From Mobula hypostoma (Eukaryota), in NCBI RefSeq assembly GCF_963921235.1, contig NC_086118.1:18726001-18790000 (forward strand): 64,000 nucleotides of DNA. Reading direction: 5' to 3'. Positions within the stretch are counted from its first letter, which is position 1. Every line of letters starts with the position of its first letter. Under the pieces are notes generated by a model. It saw nothing but the letters and a program-made list of their open reading frames with translations. It made no database searches and was not told the DNA's origin. Both the position numbers and the translations under genes were made by a program. This document shows positions 1-13,320 of the stretch, in pieces.

Positions 1-699
1 CAAATAGTAATATTTTAACAGCAATAGAAGTAAAAAGTGAAAAGGTTTATAAGAAGTGGGAAAAAAAAATTCAAGGAACAGAGAAAAGAAAAGTACTCTC
101 CTGAGGGCTTAGTATGTGATTCAGCCATAGAAACCAAGAGCAATAGTTAACTTACTATTTGTATCTTGAAAATTTAATTTTGACACCTTAAAGTAAAGCC
201 ACTGAGCTCATGTTTCAGCCTGGAAGGGAGAATTGGTCCTTTTATTTGTAGTTTCTACTCAGTCATATGTCTGAAAGAAAAACAATTGATTAAAATGTAA
301 TTTTGCACTCATTTGTCAGATGTGACTGATGTTTAAATTCTGAGTTGATATTAGAAACAAAACAAGTGCATAATTAATTTCTCAGTACTCTGCTGCTGAA
401 AACACATTTAGCAAAAATAAATCTTGCGTTGCATCACATTTCCTTGCCCCGTATAACATCTATTCTATGGATGTTTAAGTAAGCTTATTTAAACTTAATT
501 AAAATTATTGGTTGTTCTGTTTCATGTGTGTATAGTGCAAATATTTTGTGTATAGACACTAATTACGTATGGGCTCTTATAGTTCTGCAATAACCTTATA
601 CAACTTGGTTTCTTACAGAGCTAAGATCACCAAATTTGGATTCCAAAGGTGTTGGACATTTCACTATCCTGTGAGCTGTAGCTAGTTTACATTTATCAG

Positions 700-1000
700 T
701 TCTAAAGAATCTTTTCATTCTCCTGTAACTCCAGTGCATTTCGCATTCTAACCATTTGCTGTTCCTCATTCTCGATCACTCCCTGGACTCTTGTCCTTCC
801 AATTTTTGTAACCTCCTCCAGCCTTTTAAGACTCCAAGATCTCAACACTGCTCCTATTGGATCTTCTTGCACTTTCTATGATTTAATTATGCCCCCCCCC
901 AATGTCAAATGCATCAGCTCTGAGACCCTATGTTCTGTAAGTCCCCATCTGGTACTTATCACCCCAACCCTCAAAACCTCCTCAAGCTGTCTACATAGCT
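700..1000 (+). mobile_element. Highly degenerate LINE (L2-like) 3' fragment
   Basis: Resembles the L2 3' coding end (tgtaacctcctccagcc...gatctc...ctcct...tcttg). Recognised from memory only. Confidence 0.3.
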
Positions 1001-1014
1001 TTTGTTTTTCAGCA

Positions 1015-1314
1015 GGGTAGCGCGTGGCCAAGTGGTTATGGCATTGGGCTCATGATCTGAAGGTCGTGGGTTTGAGCCTCGGCCAAGTCAGCGTGTTGTG
1101 TCTTTGAGCAAGGCACTTAACCACACAGTGCTCCAGTCCACCCAGCTGAAAATGGGTACTGGCAAAATGCTGGGGGTTAACCTTGCGATAGACTAGCGTC
1201 CTATCCGGGAGGGAGTCTCGTACTCTCAGTCGCTTCACGCCACAGAAACCGGCATAAGCACTGACCTGATGGGCCACAAAGGCTCGGGACAGACTTTGAC
1301 TTTGACTTGAATAA
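1015..1314 (+). mobile_element. tRNA-derived SINE, full length
   Basis: A-box TGGCCAAGTGG, B-box-like GGTTTGAGCC, core GTGTTGTGTCTTTGAGCAAGGCACTTAACC, (ACTTTG)n tail. Candidate TSD TTCAGCA at 1008-1014 and 1315-1321. Confidence 0.9.
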
Positions 1315-3420
1315 TTCAGCAAGATTTAAGTGAATCTTGATATGACTCAATTAACGGCCCAGTGAAGCATTGTGGGGAATTTTTACTATATAGAAATCAG
1401 GAAGCATGTAGATTCTGGAGGAACTGGTAGGCAGAGAGAAGTTATGCCCATTAACACAACTGAAAAGAGAATGCAATCAATTTGCCAAAGGACCAAGTAT
1501 AACAGAAGGAATATCTTTTATTTTAAACATAGGGAATTGTTAGAATGGGGAATACACTGCCAGAGGAAGTGAGTGGGTAAGGAGGGAAACTTGCTCTTAT
1601 ATGGCACTCATATTACTTCAAAGGGCTGAATGCTGCATTCTTCCTGTAGGTCCAACAGATGAGTCATGATAAAAGTAGAAATTGACCATTTTATTGATGT
1701 TTAGAGGACTTATTTCAGAGTCAAACGAATACTGTAGCCACAAATAACCTGATTTAGTCTGAGACAGTGAGTAAAGTGAGGAAATGCATTATTGAGAAAG
1801 AACCATGTCTGTGATGGGGAACAGAGATACCAACTTGAGTCTTGCAAATGCTTAGCTGAAGAAAATTTCTGCAAATTGTGGATTGAATGTAGGAAATACA
1901 ACATTATACCTCAAGAGGCAAGAAGTGCCCAAGAGCTGAAATGGGGGAAGAGTTCGGCATTATTAGCATGCATCTGGAGTTGACATGCTTTTGAATGATG
2001 CTGTAGAAAGTTAATTAGGGTTGTCAATAATCCCATATTGGACAAGATTGTCTGTGCTTAAATGGAAAATCAGTTACCATTTCTTCCCCACGATAAGTTT
2101 CCTAACCTGAACACACTACAAGAGTGCTTGACTAGACTGAAATATAAGATTCTGGCTCAGTTCTTATTCTGAGTCATCCTGAGAAACCTTATAGGAACAG
2201 CAGCCTGGATATTTCAGCCAATAGCAAGCATTTAGACTTTTTGCTGACCTCTGTATGATGAACCTAAGTTCTGAGCAATCCTTCCCATGAATCCAACCTC
2301 TATGAATAGCTAGAAAGAATTCTTCCTGTTGATAATATACATTGCATGCTACATGTTCCACCCAGAACATTGGACAATCAAAATATGCTTTCAAAAACAA
2401 TTACCTGTCTTCTGCTGGTGTAGGAGGGAAGTGAATGGAGTGAACGCCTACAAGGCAGATAAGAGCAGCAGCAATAACATGTACTGCTTTAAAATACAGT
2501 TTTGGAAGCCCTTGGGGAAACCAGGAAGTGGGCAATAAGCTTCAAAGAAATGCTTGAGAGTTTCCACAGTTAACCTGTGAATGTTGGGAGAGACGGTATT
2601 GCAAATCTCCGACCACAAATGGTTGGTAAAGAGTGCAACCGTTGGCTTATTCATTCATCTAGATATGCTTGACAGGCTCTGAAGGACGACCCTTCGATTA
2701 ACCATGTCAAAAGCTGCAGACAGTTCAAACAGGAGGAGATGGAGTAATTTGCCACAGTCACCATCTGAAAATTGTTTACACTCTTTAATTTCAATGAAAA
2801 ATCACCTTCTTAAACACATTATTTTCTTCCCTGTAACCACCATAATGACTGAAATGAATTTTTTAATTCTTTTACAATAACATGATTAGATTATGTTGTA
2901 AGTTTTAATGTCTTTATTAAGCTTCTACTTAAAGGCTACAGATTCTGATGCTTGAAGTTGTTACTTTGCTCAGAGATGTTATAGTTTGAATTTGCAAATG
3001 GAAAAATTTTGTTTAGCTGCTGCACTTTCTACCCAATTACCAAATATGTAAACATTGGCCTAACGAGTCCATGGCGGGTGAAAATGGGCTATTACTAATT
3101 GCACTTCCCAGTTCTCGGTCTGTTCTTTCCAGTAGTTTGTGCACATGTGACAGATCAAGTGGCTATCCATGAACTTTTTAAAATGTGATGAGGGTTTCTG
3201 TCCTCACCAGCTATTGAAGCAGTGAGGTCTATACCCATACAACTCTTTGGCTGAACAACTTCTCATAATTCTCAAATCCTTTTGCAAATAATCTAACAGC
3301 GTAAACCTTTTCCACTAATTTCCTTACCTCTTTATTACAGTAACTTCAACTTTTTCTATATGTTCTCCAGGCCTACCATAAACTCAAGAGTATCAAATAG
3401 CACCTGGTATCAGTTAAAAA

Positions 3421-3514
3421 CAACACGCACAACACGCTGGAGGAACTCAGCAAGTCGGGCAGCATCCATGGAAATGAACAGTCAACATTTCGGGCCGAGA
3501 CCCTTCATCAGGGT
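3421..3514 (-). mobile_element. 94-bp PLE-terminus mini-insertion with hammerhead motif
   Basis: Minus strand reads CCTGATGAAGGGTCTCGGCCCGAAATGTTGAC...GCTGAGTTCCTCCAGCGTGTTGTGCGTGTTG. Perfect 13-bp TSD TATCAGTTAAAAA at 3408-3420 and 3515-3527. Confidence 0.9.
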
Positions 3515-4305
3515 TATCAGTTAAAAATCAGTTAGAAAGATTTATTCAAATTCCAAAACATACTTTCCTTTGATAACAAAATTTTGGCATATTGATAAAA
3601 GCAAAGATATGTTTTCAGACTACAACAAAACAGCTGAAAATTTCAGGCTTTGTTTGTTGGCTGACAAAGTACACTAAAATTTGGCATCCATATATAATCA
3701 GACAAATGCTTTACATTATAATGACATGAATCTATTTAAGAAAAAACAATACTTCACATTATCTAGTTCTATATTTTAACTTAATTGTGACATCAATCCA
3801 TAATTCATATATAATTATCAATTGGCAAACCTTTCTTTTATTCCTCGATTTCCCTTCCATTACAATTGGCACCCTATCGCAAAAATTTCCAAAATAAAAT
3901 GGAAAAAAAATCCAAATTGAAATGACAAGGTCAGTGAACATGACTTGATTTCAAATTAGATTTTAAAACATGCATAAAATATTCCGGATCAATTTACTTG
4001 GCCTCATATTTCTTAGTTAACTTGATGGCTCTATTTTTCATTTAATATTAGAATAGTTTTACCAACAATTACTGTGTCCTTCTGGACTACATGACCAGAT
4101 TGTGCTGAAAGGAATGAAGTCTTAGCCTTTGCTCATTTGAAAACTAAACACTTAATTCTGCAGCTAGTTCAGAAGATTTTCTGTTCCTTCCAAAACAGAC
4201 ACTGCTTTCATTCCAACCCCATTTTCTACAGATGAAAAGCACCTTCCATGCCCCATACAATGTAAACATGCCTCTCATTAGCACCAACCTGCAGAGGCTT
4301 CATCT

Positions 4306-7117
4306 TAGTCCGTAAGCCAGGACGCCAAATTTGGGCCACTGGTACCATCTGTGGGGAATAATTCTTATAGTGATTTCTGGCAAGGTATATACTCCTAGTG
4401 CTAGAACATAAGTGATAGCATTGCAGCAGTGGTAGCTTTCTGTGAGGGGGACTGGGAGTGGCACCTCCATGCTATAAGAACCATGATCCCATGGTGCTTT
4501 GCCTATGATAAGATGAATTCTGCCAGGTACCTGTCCCCTTACTTTGCTCAGATGATGAGCCTCCCAGAGAAGAAACCTTCTGTGTATGAGGCCTTCAAGA
4601 CAGGCCAATTCTCAGTGCAGCTGTCAAGTAACAACCCCTTTGGGCAGATCCTTGTGGACCAGGCTATTGAAGCCACAGTGAACAAAGACACACTGACTCC
4701 TGGAGGCACATCATGGTTCAGCGTGAATGCTGGGGCTATCAAGCGTTACTACATAACAGCTGGGCACCGCAGTGCATTCCTGGGACAGTTAAGGGAGATG
4801 GTGCAAGGCAACAAATCAGAGCTTTGTCATGCGGAGCTACAGCGGCCAAGAATCCAGAAAGATGAGGAAGCAGTTTCAGCAGTGGTTAGCCTCATACATG
4901 AATGGGTCAACCCATTTGCTGAGAAGCGGGACCTCATTAGAATCTCTACGGCAAAGGCAGCCCACAAGGACATTGCCTCCGACCTGATGAAGGCATATGA
5001 GATTGGTGAGCAATGCTATGCAACCTTCAACGATGAGAGACTAGAGGAAGACCCACCAGCAAAGAATTTCCATGACCCAATGAAAACCAACAAGTTGAAA
5101 ACATTCAGTGATATGTGTAAGAAGAGAGAAGTGAAATTAAATAGCAGGGCGATCATCTTGAAAGCAGACAGGTATTTGTTTGGACACATCATAGTGATGG
5201 CACAAGGGTGCAGTCTATGTATGGAGGATATCCTTTCTCATCCCCTTGGACCATTGCCCTGGGCCCTGTCCACACCAGAAGCATTGCTGAGAAAGACAAA
5301 TAAAGCTACTTTAGCCACAACCTTGCAGAAAAATGTAGCAGTAGAAGAGCAACTCTAAGGAAAATCTGCTACAGCGGTTAATGGAATGAACTTGGTCCAA
5401 AGAGTGAAAGGTGATCAAGTTACTGCCAGAGATGTTGCCACAACAATTCTGGGTATGGCTCTGAAGTAAGGCAGTCAGAGTAGCAGAATAGATGTTGCGT
5501 TCAACACATACAAGGAGAACTCTATAAAGAATAGTGAAAGATCTCTACGGGGTGAAGAGATTGGTCATGAGTTGCAAGGTATCACAGGCACACAGATGGT
5601 GAGGCAGTGGAGGAGCTTCCTGACCAAAGTCAGTAACAAAAATAGTCTCATTAGCTTCATAGTCCATGAATGGAGCAAGGCAGAGTACAGAGCAAAGCTA
5701 CAGGAGAAGATTCTGTATGCAACTGTGAACGACAAATGTTACAGAATCACATCTCAAGACAGTGAGGAGGTATCAGCTCTTCAGTGTCAACAAGAAGAAG
5801 CAGATGGCCACCTACTTCTCCATGCTGCCCATGCCACAAAAGATGGATACCAGTCTATCGTGATCTGCTCAGAAGACACAGATGTCTTTACCATATCTTT
5901 AGCATTTTTGTGACAGATTGAGGCCCCATTGTTCTAGAAGTGTGGCACTAGGACCCGTACAAGTCTTTTAGACATCAGGAAGGTTGCTGTCACTGTTGGC
6001 ATAGAGGTTTGTAGGGCTCTCATTTGGTTGCACGTATATACAGGATGTGACACTGTAAGCGCTTTTGCAGGCAAAGGGAAGACAAGTGCCCTAAAACTTC
6101 TGACCAGCAACAGGGAAATTCAGGACACATTCTTAGAGTTGGGTCAGGAATGGGACCTCTCCCCAGAACTGATGGACAAACTGGAGGCATTTACATGTCT
6201 CCTGTATGCCCCAAAAGTATCGACCACCAAGGTCAATGAACTCAGGTATCACCTTTTCTGTGCCAAAAAAGATGAAATCGAAAGTCATCAACTCCCACCA
6301 TGCAATGACTGCTTAACAAAATATGCACAAGGCCAACTACCAGGCTGGTATATGGAGAAGATGTTTGAAGAAGGACCCACAAGTGCCAATCCCTGTTGGC
6401 AGAGGATGGAAGATGGAGAGAGAAGAGGAAGCTGAACAGTTGGTGGTGCACTGAATGGAAGGCCAGCCAGCACCCGATGCCGTCCTGGATCTACTGGCCT
6501 GTAACTGTCCAAAAAAATGTTCACTCCCAAGATGTGTGTGTGTTGCAAATGGCCTCAGGTGTACTGACATGTGTAGACTGGCAGACTGTGAGAACCGGGC
6601 ATCCACCTCATAGAGTGTAGAAAGTTCAGATGAAGATGTGGAACACGTGGAAGACTTGGAAAATTATTATGATTATTAATAGGTTATGAAAGTATGGAAA
6701 ACAAAGTATGGAAAGCAGTCTTTGATTAAATATATTCACTTCACAACCAAATGGGGCCTAGGTTATGGCCATGTGGAACCCCACATTTGAATTATTGTAC
6801 TGTAATTCTATATGCTATGACAAAAGCTTAAGATTGTTTTGATTTGATACAATATGGAAAATATTATGACATTGATAAAACTCCAGAAATCTCTCCAAAT
6901 GAGGTTTTATACCTTTTGGAGGGTGGGGTAACATTTTCTGCTGTATTGATGTTAATGTGGAATACTGTATATACAAAAAGTGATTACTTACCTGAAGTAA
7001 TAAAGCTACCACTGGTGGAATGATTTTCTAACTCTAGAGATGTATACCTTGCCAAAAATCACTATGAACATTATTCCGCTCAGATGGTACCAACCATCCT
7101 CACTGGCTCACGGACTA
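4306..7117 (+). mobile_element. Academ (AcademX-type) DNA transposon, internally deleted, copy 1
   Basis: Termini TAGTCCGTAAGCCAG and CTGGCTCACGGACTA. Imperfect TIRs at 4306-4439 and 7002-7117. 3-bp TSD TCT at 4303-4305 and 7118-7120. Internal XPG-like and Cys8 coding remnants. Confidence 0.88.
4440..6679 (+). pseudogene. Disrupted Academ protein: C-terminal transposase part, XPG/PIN-like nuclease, H3TH motif and Cys8 finger
   Basis: ORFs 4429-5358, 5572-5913 and 6028-6435 are collinear and broken by stops and a frameshift. Motifs: EGDWEWHL, QEEADGHLLLHA, SEDTDV, HVYTGCDTVSAFAGKGK, CNCPKKCSLPRCVCVANGLRCTDMCRLADCEN (8 Cys). Acidic tail ends at TAA 6677-6679. Confidence 0.85.
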
Positions 7118-7489
7118 TCTCATTAAATGATGACAATTATCTGCTCCATTCCAAGTTTTCTTTGCACATCAGGCTGTGAAATAAATCATAAAATCGGAGA
7201 GTTTGGGCTTTGCTTTCAAAAAGTGGCAGCAAAACTCTGTAATTCGTGTATGTATGTTGCTTCTGAAAATGGGTAAGCTGACATGCCAGACAGTCTTGTC
7301 CCAGGTGTTGAGAAAGACTGGTGCTCCCAAACTACCATCATCTCAACTGTAGGAATCTACCTGACAGAAATGATAGGTCAAACTCTGCACATGAAGCAAG
7401 CAGAAGTTTTAACTAAACCATACTCCATGGCTTAACCCGTTGGCAATACAGTCAGAAATTGTGATTATTTCTGAAAGTCTCATTTTTAT

Positions 7490-7800
7490 ATTTGTTTATG
7501 GGATGTTAATGTCACTGGCATGGCGAATATTTATTATCTCTCTCTCTCTCTCTGCCCTTTAGATGAATGGTTGGTTAAGCCTGTAGGTCTGAAGTTATGT
7601 ATTGATTGGACTAGGGAGTGATAGTAGATTTCATTCTATGAAGGACACAATGAACCAGATGTCTTTAACAATCACCATTTCTATTGGTGGTTTTGTATTC
7701 CAGATTCACTGACTTAAGTTTGTCTAAATGCCATGGTGGAATTCAATTAATGGCTCTGAATTAATGTTCTAGGAATCTTGACACTAGTCTATGAATTTAA
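7490..7800 (-). mobile_element. Old chondrichthyan tRNA-SINE relic
   Basis: Contains GAAGGACACAATGAACCAGATG, the reverse of the CATCTGGTTCACTAATGTCCTT motif. Related to 26190-26400. Confidence 0.55.
7537..7553 (+). repeat. (CT)n microsatellite
   Basis: tctctctctctctctct. Confidence 0.8.
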
Positions 7801-8699
7801 CTGGGAAGAAGCTACACTTTTGGGAGAGCGTTAGTGGTGACTAAGATGCCAGACAGCAGTTGTCTCCTGCAAACAGCAACAGTGTAGACCTTGCCGAGCT
7901 AACATTGAGCAAGGTCTATAGACCAAAACCTAATTTCACAGTTCCAATGTTAGAAAATAGGAACTGTCAGTGCTTTAAACAAGAGGCTCCTTTTATTATT
8001 TGTACTTATGCCTAACAACCAGGCTAAAATAAATACCATGTGATTTCTGACGTATTACAGAACAGTTTCAGTTCCATATATGTTTAATTTCACAATGCAA
8101 ACTAGCCCCCTGCTATCTTCCCTGCTTCCTGTTCTGAGAAGAGCACTTAAAGGTGAAGAAGATGAATTAAGGTGTCGTCATTATCTCTTGACAGTGTAGT
8201 TTCAGTATGATATTAAGCTCATCACAAGCATTAGTGCAGAGTGCATTCTCCCTCAATAGCAACGTGTTCCAGAAAGCTTCCTGGGACTTGTTTTTACCCA
8301 GCGGGAGCTGCTGTTCCTATCCTGTCATGGTACTAATCAAAGTAAAGCACACCGTCAGAGATGTAATCAAATCATTGACAAACTGCACCATTTATAACAT
8401 CATGTTAAATCCTTAGTGTTAGTGTCTTAACCACTTGCAAACGATGAGTCTTACTGGCTATTTGAAAATTTAGGACGTGCATACTTATATTTGAAAAATT
8501 GGATAAATTATATTACAACATTGATTATGTACCCCTACATCAGTTGCATAGAAGCATGAAGAAAGCTTCAAGATTTAACGTACTGCTTTATAAAATTTTG
8601 TGCATAGAAACCATTTTCTTTTAGAATTGGCACAGGAACAGACTTATTATGATTCTATTCCACAAGCCTTCTTAATACTTCAGTTATTGATGAAATGTT

Positions 8700-9130
8700 A
8701 CATTGAATCAGACAAAATCTGTAGTATAGATATTTGGTCCAACTAGTCTACGGTAGTGTTTATCTTCTTTATCAGCTCTTCACATTCTAATTACCTGCTT
8801 TCTTTCTGCACCCACAATTGAATTCATTGTTATAAAAGCATTAAGTTTCTCCTTAAACACATTAGCATCATTTGTCTAACCATTCAATAGGATGGCGATT
8901 ACCATATTCTCACCACTACCTTTCATAGAAATTTTACCTAAATGTCCTGTTTCATTCACTATTGGCTATCTTACTTCTTGGCCTCAATTGGCTAGCAAAA
9001 CTACACTATCAAATCTCTTTGTAATTGCTAACAATCTGCAGAAAAGAAACACAGCCTGTTTGATCTTTTCTAATAGTTACATCTTCTAAATTTTAGCAAC
9101 AGGATTATATATCTTTTCATTGTGCTCTCT
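8700..9130 (-). mobile_element. Very degenerate CR1 3' fragment
   Basis: gaaaagaaacacagcctgtttgatcttttctaata resembles the reverse of the CR1 'RL..LGLFSL' region. Confidence 0.35.
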
Positions 9131-9159
9131 TAAGTTTTGGAATTACCTACTGTAAAATC

Positions 9160-9455
9160 ATGTGGTACATATAGGGTGAACATGTGCTGTCTTTTTCCCA
9201 GAGGAGAACTAGAATGCAAAGGGCATAGGTTTAAGGTCAGAGGTGAAAATTTAGAAGCGATCTGAGGGTCAACTCTTTCATCATGAGAGTGGTGCATACA
9301 TGGAATGAGCTGCCAGACAAAGTGGCTGGGGCAGGTACAATCACAACATTTGAAACACATTTAGATTAGCACATGGGTAGAATGTCAATACGACTAGCTT
9401 GGTGGACACTGTGGACAAGATGGCCAGAAGGGCTTGTGTCCATACAGTATAATTT
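9160..9455 (+). mobile_element. CR1 LINE 3' end
   Basis: AGGGCATAGGTTTAAGGTCAGAGG...AGAGTGGTG...TGGAATGAGCTGCCAG...GGCCAGAAGGGCTTGT. Confidence 0.85.
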
Positions 9456-9899
9456 CCCTTGAGTATAGTCTTTTTCCCAGATACATTTTACCTTTACTAC
9501 TGCAGTCTGCTAAGCCAATTATTCTTGATTGTTTTGCTCTTTAGTGACATATATTTCTTGTAAACTCCTTTTTAAATATTGCCTGTACTGTCAATATTTT
9601 GTTTCCTGTTTAATATATTCAGATTGTTTTCATATTTTCACAGTTTAACTTTGGATCTTTGAGCTACCTCTTCCACAATCTTTTCCTTGAACCTTATTAC
9701 ACTGCAATCATTATCCATGTCTTTCCCCTCTTGATTTATTCTTGTTCTTATTGCTGTTCATTTCCCATTAATATCACTCATCACCTGCTTTTTTCTGCAA
9801 TTTTTACAAGTCAAAAATTGCAGAGGTATTGGCTACTGTCTTTAAATTCCTGTTAGATAATACAGTAATGCTAAATGCTTGGAAGATTACAAGCCTTAT

Positions 9900-11270
9900 T
9901 CAAATGATAAAAGACAATTAACCAGGCCGATTGCAAGGCACTCCAGTCCTGAGGTATGAAAGCTTTATAAGAAAATCAACAGAGACTTGGATAAGTATTG
10001 ACTAATAAGGAGAAGACACCCCAGTAGAGATCAGTATTTGACAAATAGTGTTTGATGAATGTCATTATACATTTTTGATGTAACTGTAAGGGAGGATGAT
10101 ACAATGCATTTGATACTGTATATGTGGACTTTCAAAAGCATCTTACTATACATTGCAAAATAGGTTTGTAATACAATTGAGGTTTTTAGGTCAGATGGAG
10201 CATGGAAATAAAATTGACTAATGTATATTAAGGAGAATTGGAATAAAAGAATTGAAGGAATGGAGGACAGTAAATGGCTGAGTTTTCAGTTTCAATGCTG
10301 TTCTCTCAGCTGTTTTCCATTTACAATCATGACTTGAACCTGAGCAGTTCAGGACACAACTTCAAACTTTGCTGATGAAGTGGTATATTGACAATTAGGA
10401 AAATGTCAATAGATTCAAAAAGAATATAGATAATTCAATGGGATCAATGTGAGAACTTAAGAAATGGAAACGGGTATAGTCCACTCAGCCCCTCATGGCT
10501 ATGATGCCATTCATGTTTGGTCTTTTGTACTGCATCACTTTCATGCAGAATACAGATTCCACATAAATTCCAAAAACTTATTGAACCCAGCCCTCGGAGA
10601 ATTTGGAAGATTTGCTATATTCTGGATTTACTACATTGAACATAGAAAAGTATGAAAAACTAATGAGCAGAGGCAAAAAAGAAACTAATTTGCACGATTT
10701 CAAAAGGATCCAAACTTGGAGGTGCAGATGTGCAAATCTTTGAAGAAGCAGAGTGAGTTTCAATATTGTTTCCAAAGCCGAGAAGAACTCAGGCTTTATA
10801 AACAAAAGCACGCAGTACAAAAGCCAGGATGCAAAGCTAAACCTACTTAAAATATTAGTTTGGTCCCAGAAGTATTGTGTTCAATTCTGAGCATCACACT
10901 ATAAGAAAGATGTGAAGCTTTTCATGAGGAGATTTACTGGAAGAGTTCTAGGTATTGGGGATTACATTTATGTAGAGAGAGTGGAGAGCTGAGGTAATGA
11001 TCTTACACTAGGCAAAGATTAGATCTGTGTTTAAAAATTATGAAGGATTTTTATAAAGAAAACATCTGCTATCAATAGCTAGAGCGTTGTGAGGGTGCAG
11101 ATTATAATTGATTGACAGAAGGAAGGTGACTGAAAAATATTTTTCAATGTAACAAGCAGTTCAGATTTGGAATTAACACTAGGTGTATGTGGTATAAGTG
11201 GAGTACAGTGAAGGATCTGGGGTGTGGGTGGATTGTTCTTCTAAAAAGATGCCACAACTTCAGTGCAATA
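9900..11270 (+). mobile_element. Old degenerate CR1 RT region, with an opposite-strand CR1 3' piece at ~10455-10655
   Basis: Remnants of DxVYxDFQKA (~10112-10140), FAD (~10368) and YCVQFWxxHYKKD (~10873-10912). Confidence 0.7.
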
Positions 11271-11283
11271 GCTGTGTTACACT

Positions 11284-11905
11284 ATCAGAATCAGGTTTAA
11301 TATCACCGGCATGTCATGAAAATTATTAACCTTGCGGCAGCAGTACAATGCAATACATGATAATAGAGAGAAATAAAACTGAATGGTGGATGGCAGCTTT
11401 CTGAGGCAGGGCTCCTTGAAGATGTCCTGGATACTATGGAGGCTAGTACCCATGATGGCGCTGACTAATTTTACAACTCACTGCCGCTTCCTTCGATCCT
11501 GTACAGTAACCCCCAGCCCTCCATACCAGACGATGATGCAGCCAGTTAGAATGCTCTCCACAGTACATCTCTAGAAATTTGTGTATGTTTTCGTGATATA
11601 ACAGACCTCCGCAAAATCCTCATGAAATATAGCCACTGTCTTGCCTTCTTAATAACCGCGTTGATATACTGGGTCCAGGTTAGGACCTCAGAGTTATTGA
11701 CACACAGGAACTTGAAATTGCTCACTCTCTCCATTTCTGATCCTTCTATGAGGACTGGTTTGTGTTCCCTCACCTTGCCCTTTCTGAGCTCCACAGTCAA
11801 TTCTTTGGTCTTACTGACATTGAGTACAAGGTTGAAGCTGCGACACCTCTCAACAAGCTGATATATCTTGCTCCTATATGCGCCTTTCATCACCATCTGA
11901 GATTC
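11284..11905 (-). mobile_element. Rex1/Babar-like LINE, 3' part
   Basis: ORF 11546-11896 contains LNVSKTKEL...ERVSNFKFL...KKARQWLYFMR. Tail AAACCTGATTCTGAT. Confidence 0.85.
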
Positions 11906-12997
11906 TGTGACAGGAGCCTTGCACGTAATAAAGTCACCATTTTATTCCTTGGAGATAGAAGATTAATGGAAGAGGTAACACCTCAACTAGTAATTTCAAA
12001 CTTTATACTCACTTTATATTTTAGCACTAATTTTTGTACTAGTTGATGATCTGTAAAGGTCTTCCAATAACATGGCCATTTTCTTCATGTGCTTTATATC
12101 AACCCATGTAGAATCTGTTTGATTGCATGGTTATTTATGTCTAATCTCATTATGGCTATACTATTCTTTCATTTAATATGATGAACACCATCTACCTTCC
12201 TTTTTAATTCCTGATACGCAATAACAATATTTAATTGCCAATCATGAATTTTCAGTATTCATTTTTGCATTATACCTTTCACCTGCTTACTTTAAATAAT
12301 GATAGATATTGCCCCATATTGCTGACGCTCAATACATTGTTATACATGAAACTTAATACTATTTTTCATGAATGTTATTTTTCATCATGCCAGCTTTATT
12401 TGCAAATGTTTTGCTATTACCTGGAACCATTCAAATATCTAAAAATGCTGATTTCATCATTTTATTCTTTACTGTCCTTTATTCTTAGCATTTCTTTCTC
12501 TTAACTTTATAACAGGTCAGTCTTGCTCAGTCCAACCTTTTGCTCACACAAGTTCAAGCTCATGTTTATTATCATTCAACCTTTGACATTTAAAAAAATA
12601 ATTAAAAATACATTAAACTACTTTGATTTAATGAAAAACATGAGTAAAGCAAAACTTCAAAAAATCGAAAATCTTAATATGAACATTTCTTTTTAATGAA
12701 GGTCAGCAATGCCATTCAAACACATGGGTGTATTGTAGGGATTGAGTGAAGCAAAGTGGATCTTGCCACTCAGTTCAGTACGGTGCTCAACTGTTACTGG
12801 ACCCAGAGAGGGATTCAATGGTCGAACAGGAGGTGAGCTGCACCAACATCCAATATCTGGCACATTTCCAGTCCTGCACTACAATGCACAGAAGAACAAG
12901 CTGCATATATATTGAAAATCAGTTCAAACTATCATATCAAAAAAGACCCACCTACTTCTTCTGGTCAAATTCTACCACCTTCATATGAGGCAAGCAT

Positions 12998-13320
12998 CAG
13001 AGTTCAAAGTAAGCTTATTATCAAAGCACATATACGTCTCCCTATACAACCCTGAGATTCGTCTTCCTGTGGGCATACTCAGCAAATCTATAGAATAGTA
13101 ACTATAGCAAGATCAATGAAAGATCAACCAGAGTGCAGAAGGCAAACCGTGCAAGTCCCAATAATCTTGTACCTTCTATCGGATGGCAGCAGCAAGAAGA
13201 GAGCATGACCTGGGTGGTGGGGATCTCTGATGATGGATGTTGCTTTCCTAAGACAGTGTTTCATGTAGATGTGTTAAATGGTTAGGAGGGCTTTACCCAC
13301 GATATACTGGGCTGAATCCG
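12998..13320 (-). mobile_element. Rex1/Babar-like LINE 3' end
   Basis: Minus-strand tail GACGAATCTCAGGGTTGTATA...TTTGATAATAAGCTTACTTTGAACT, joined to the 'IRDPHHPGHALF' coding remnant. Confidence 0.8.

Noticed and set aside
1015..1090. tRNA genes here and at the other SINE heads
   Set aside because: They have A and B boxes but no complete cloverleaf, and they continue into SINE core and tail.
4429..6435. Host FEN1/XPG/GEN1-type nuclease gene
   Set aside because: It is intronless, broken by stops, bounded by TIRs with a TSD, and present twice with different flanks. It is a transposon remnant.
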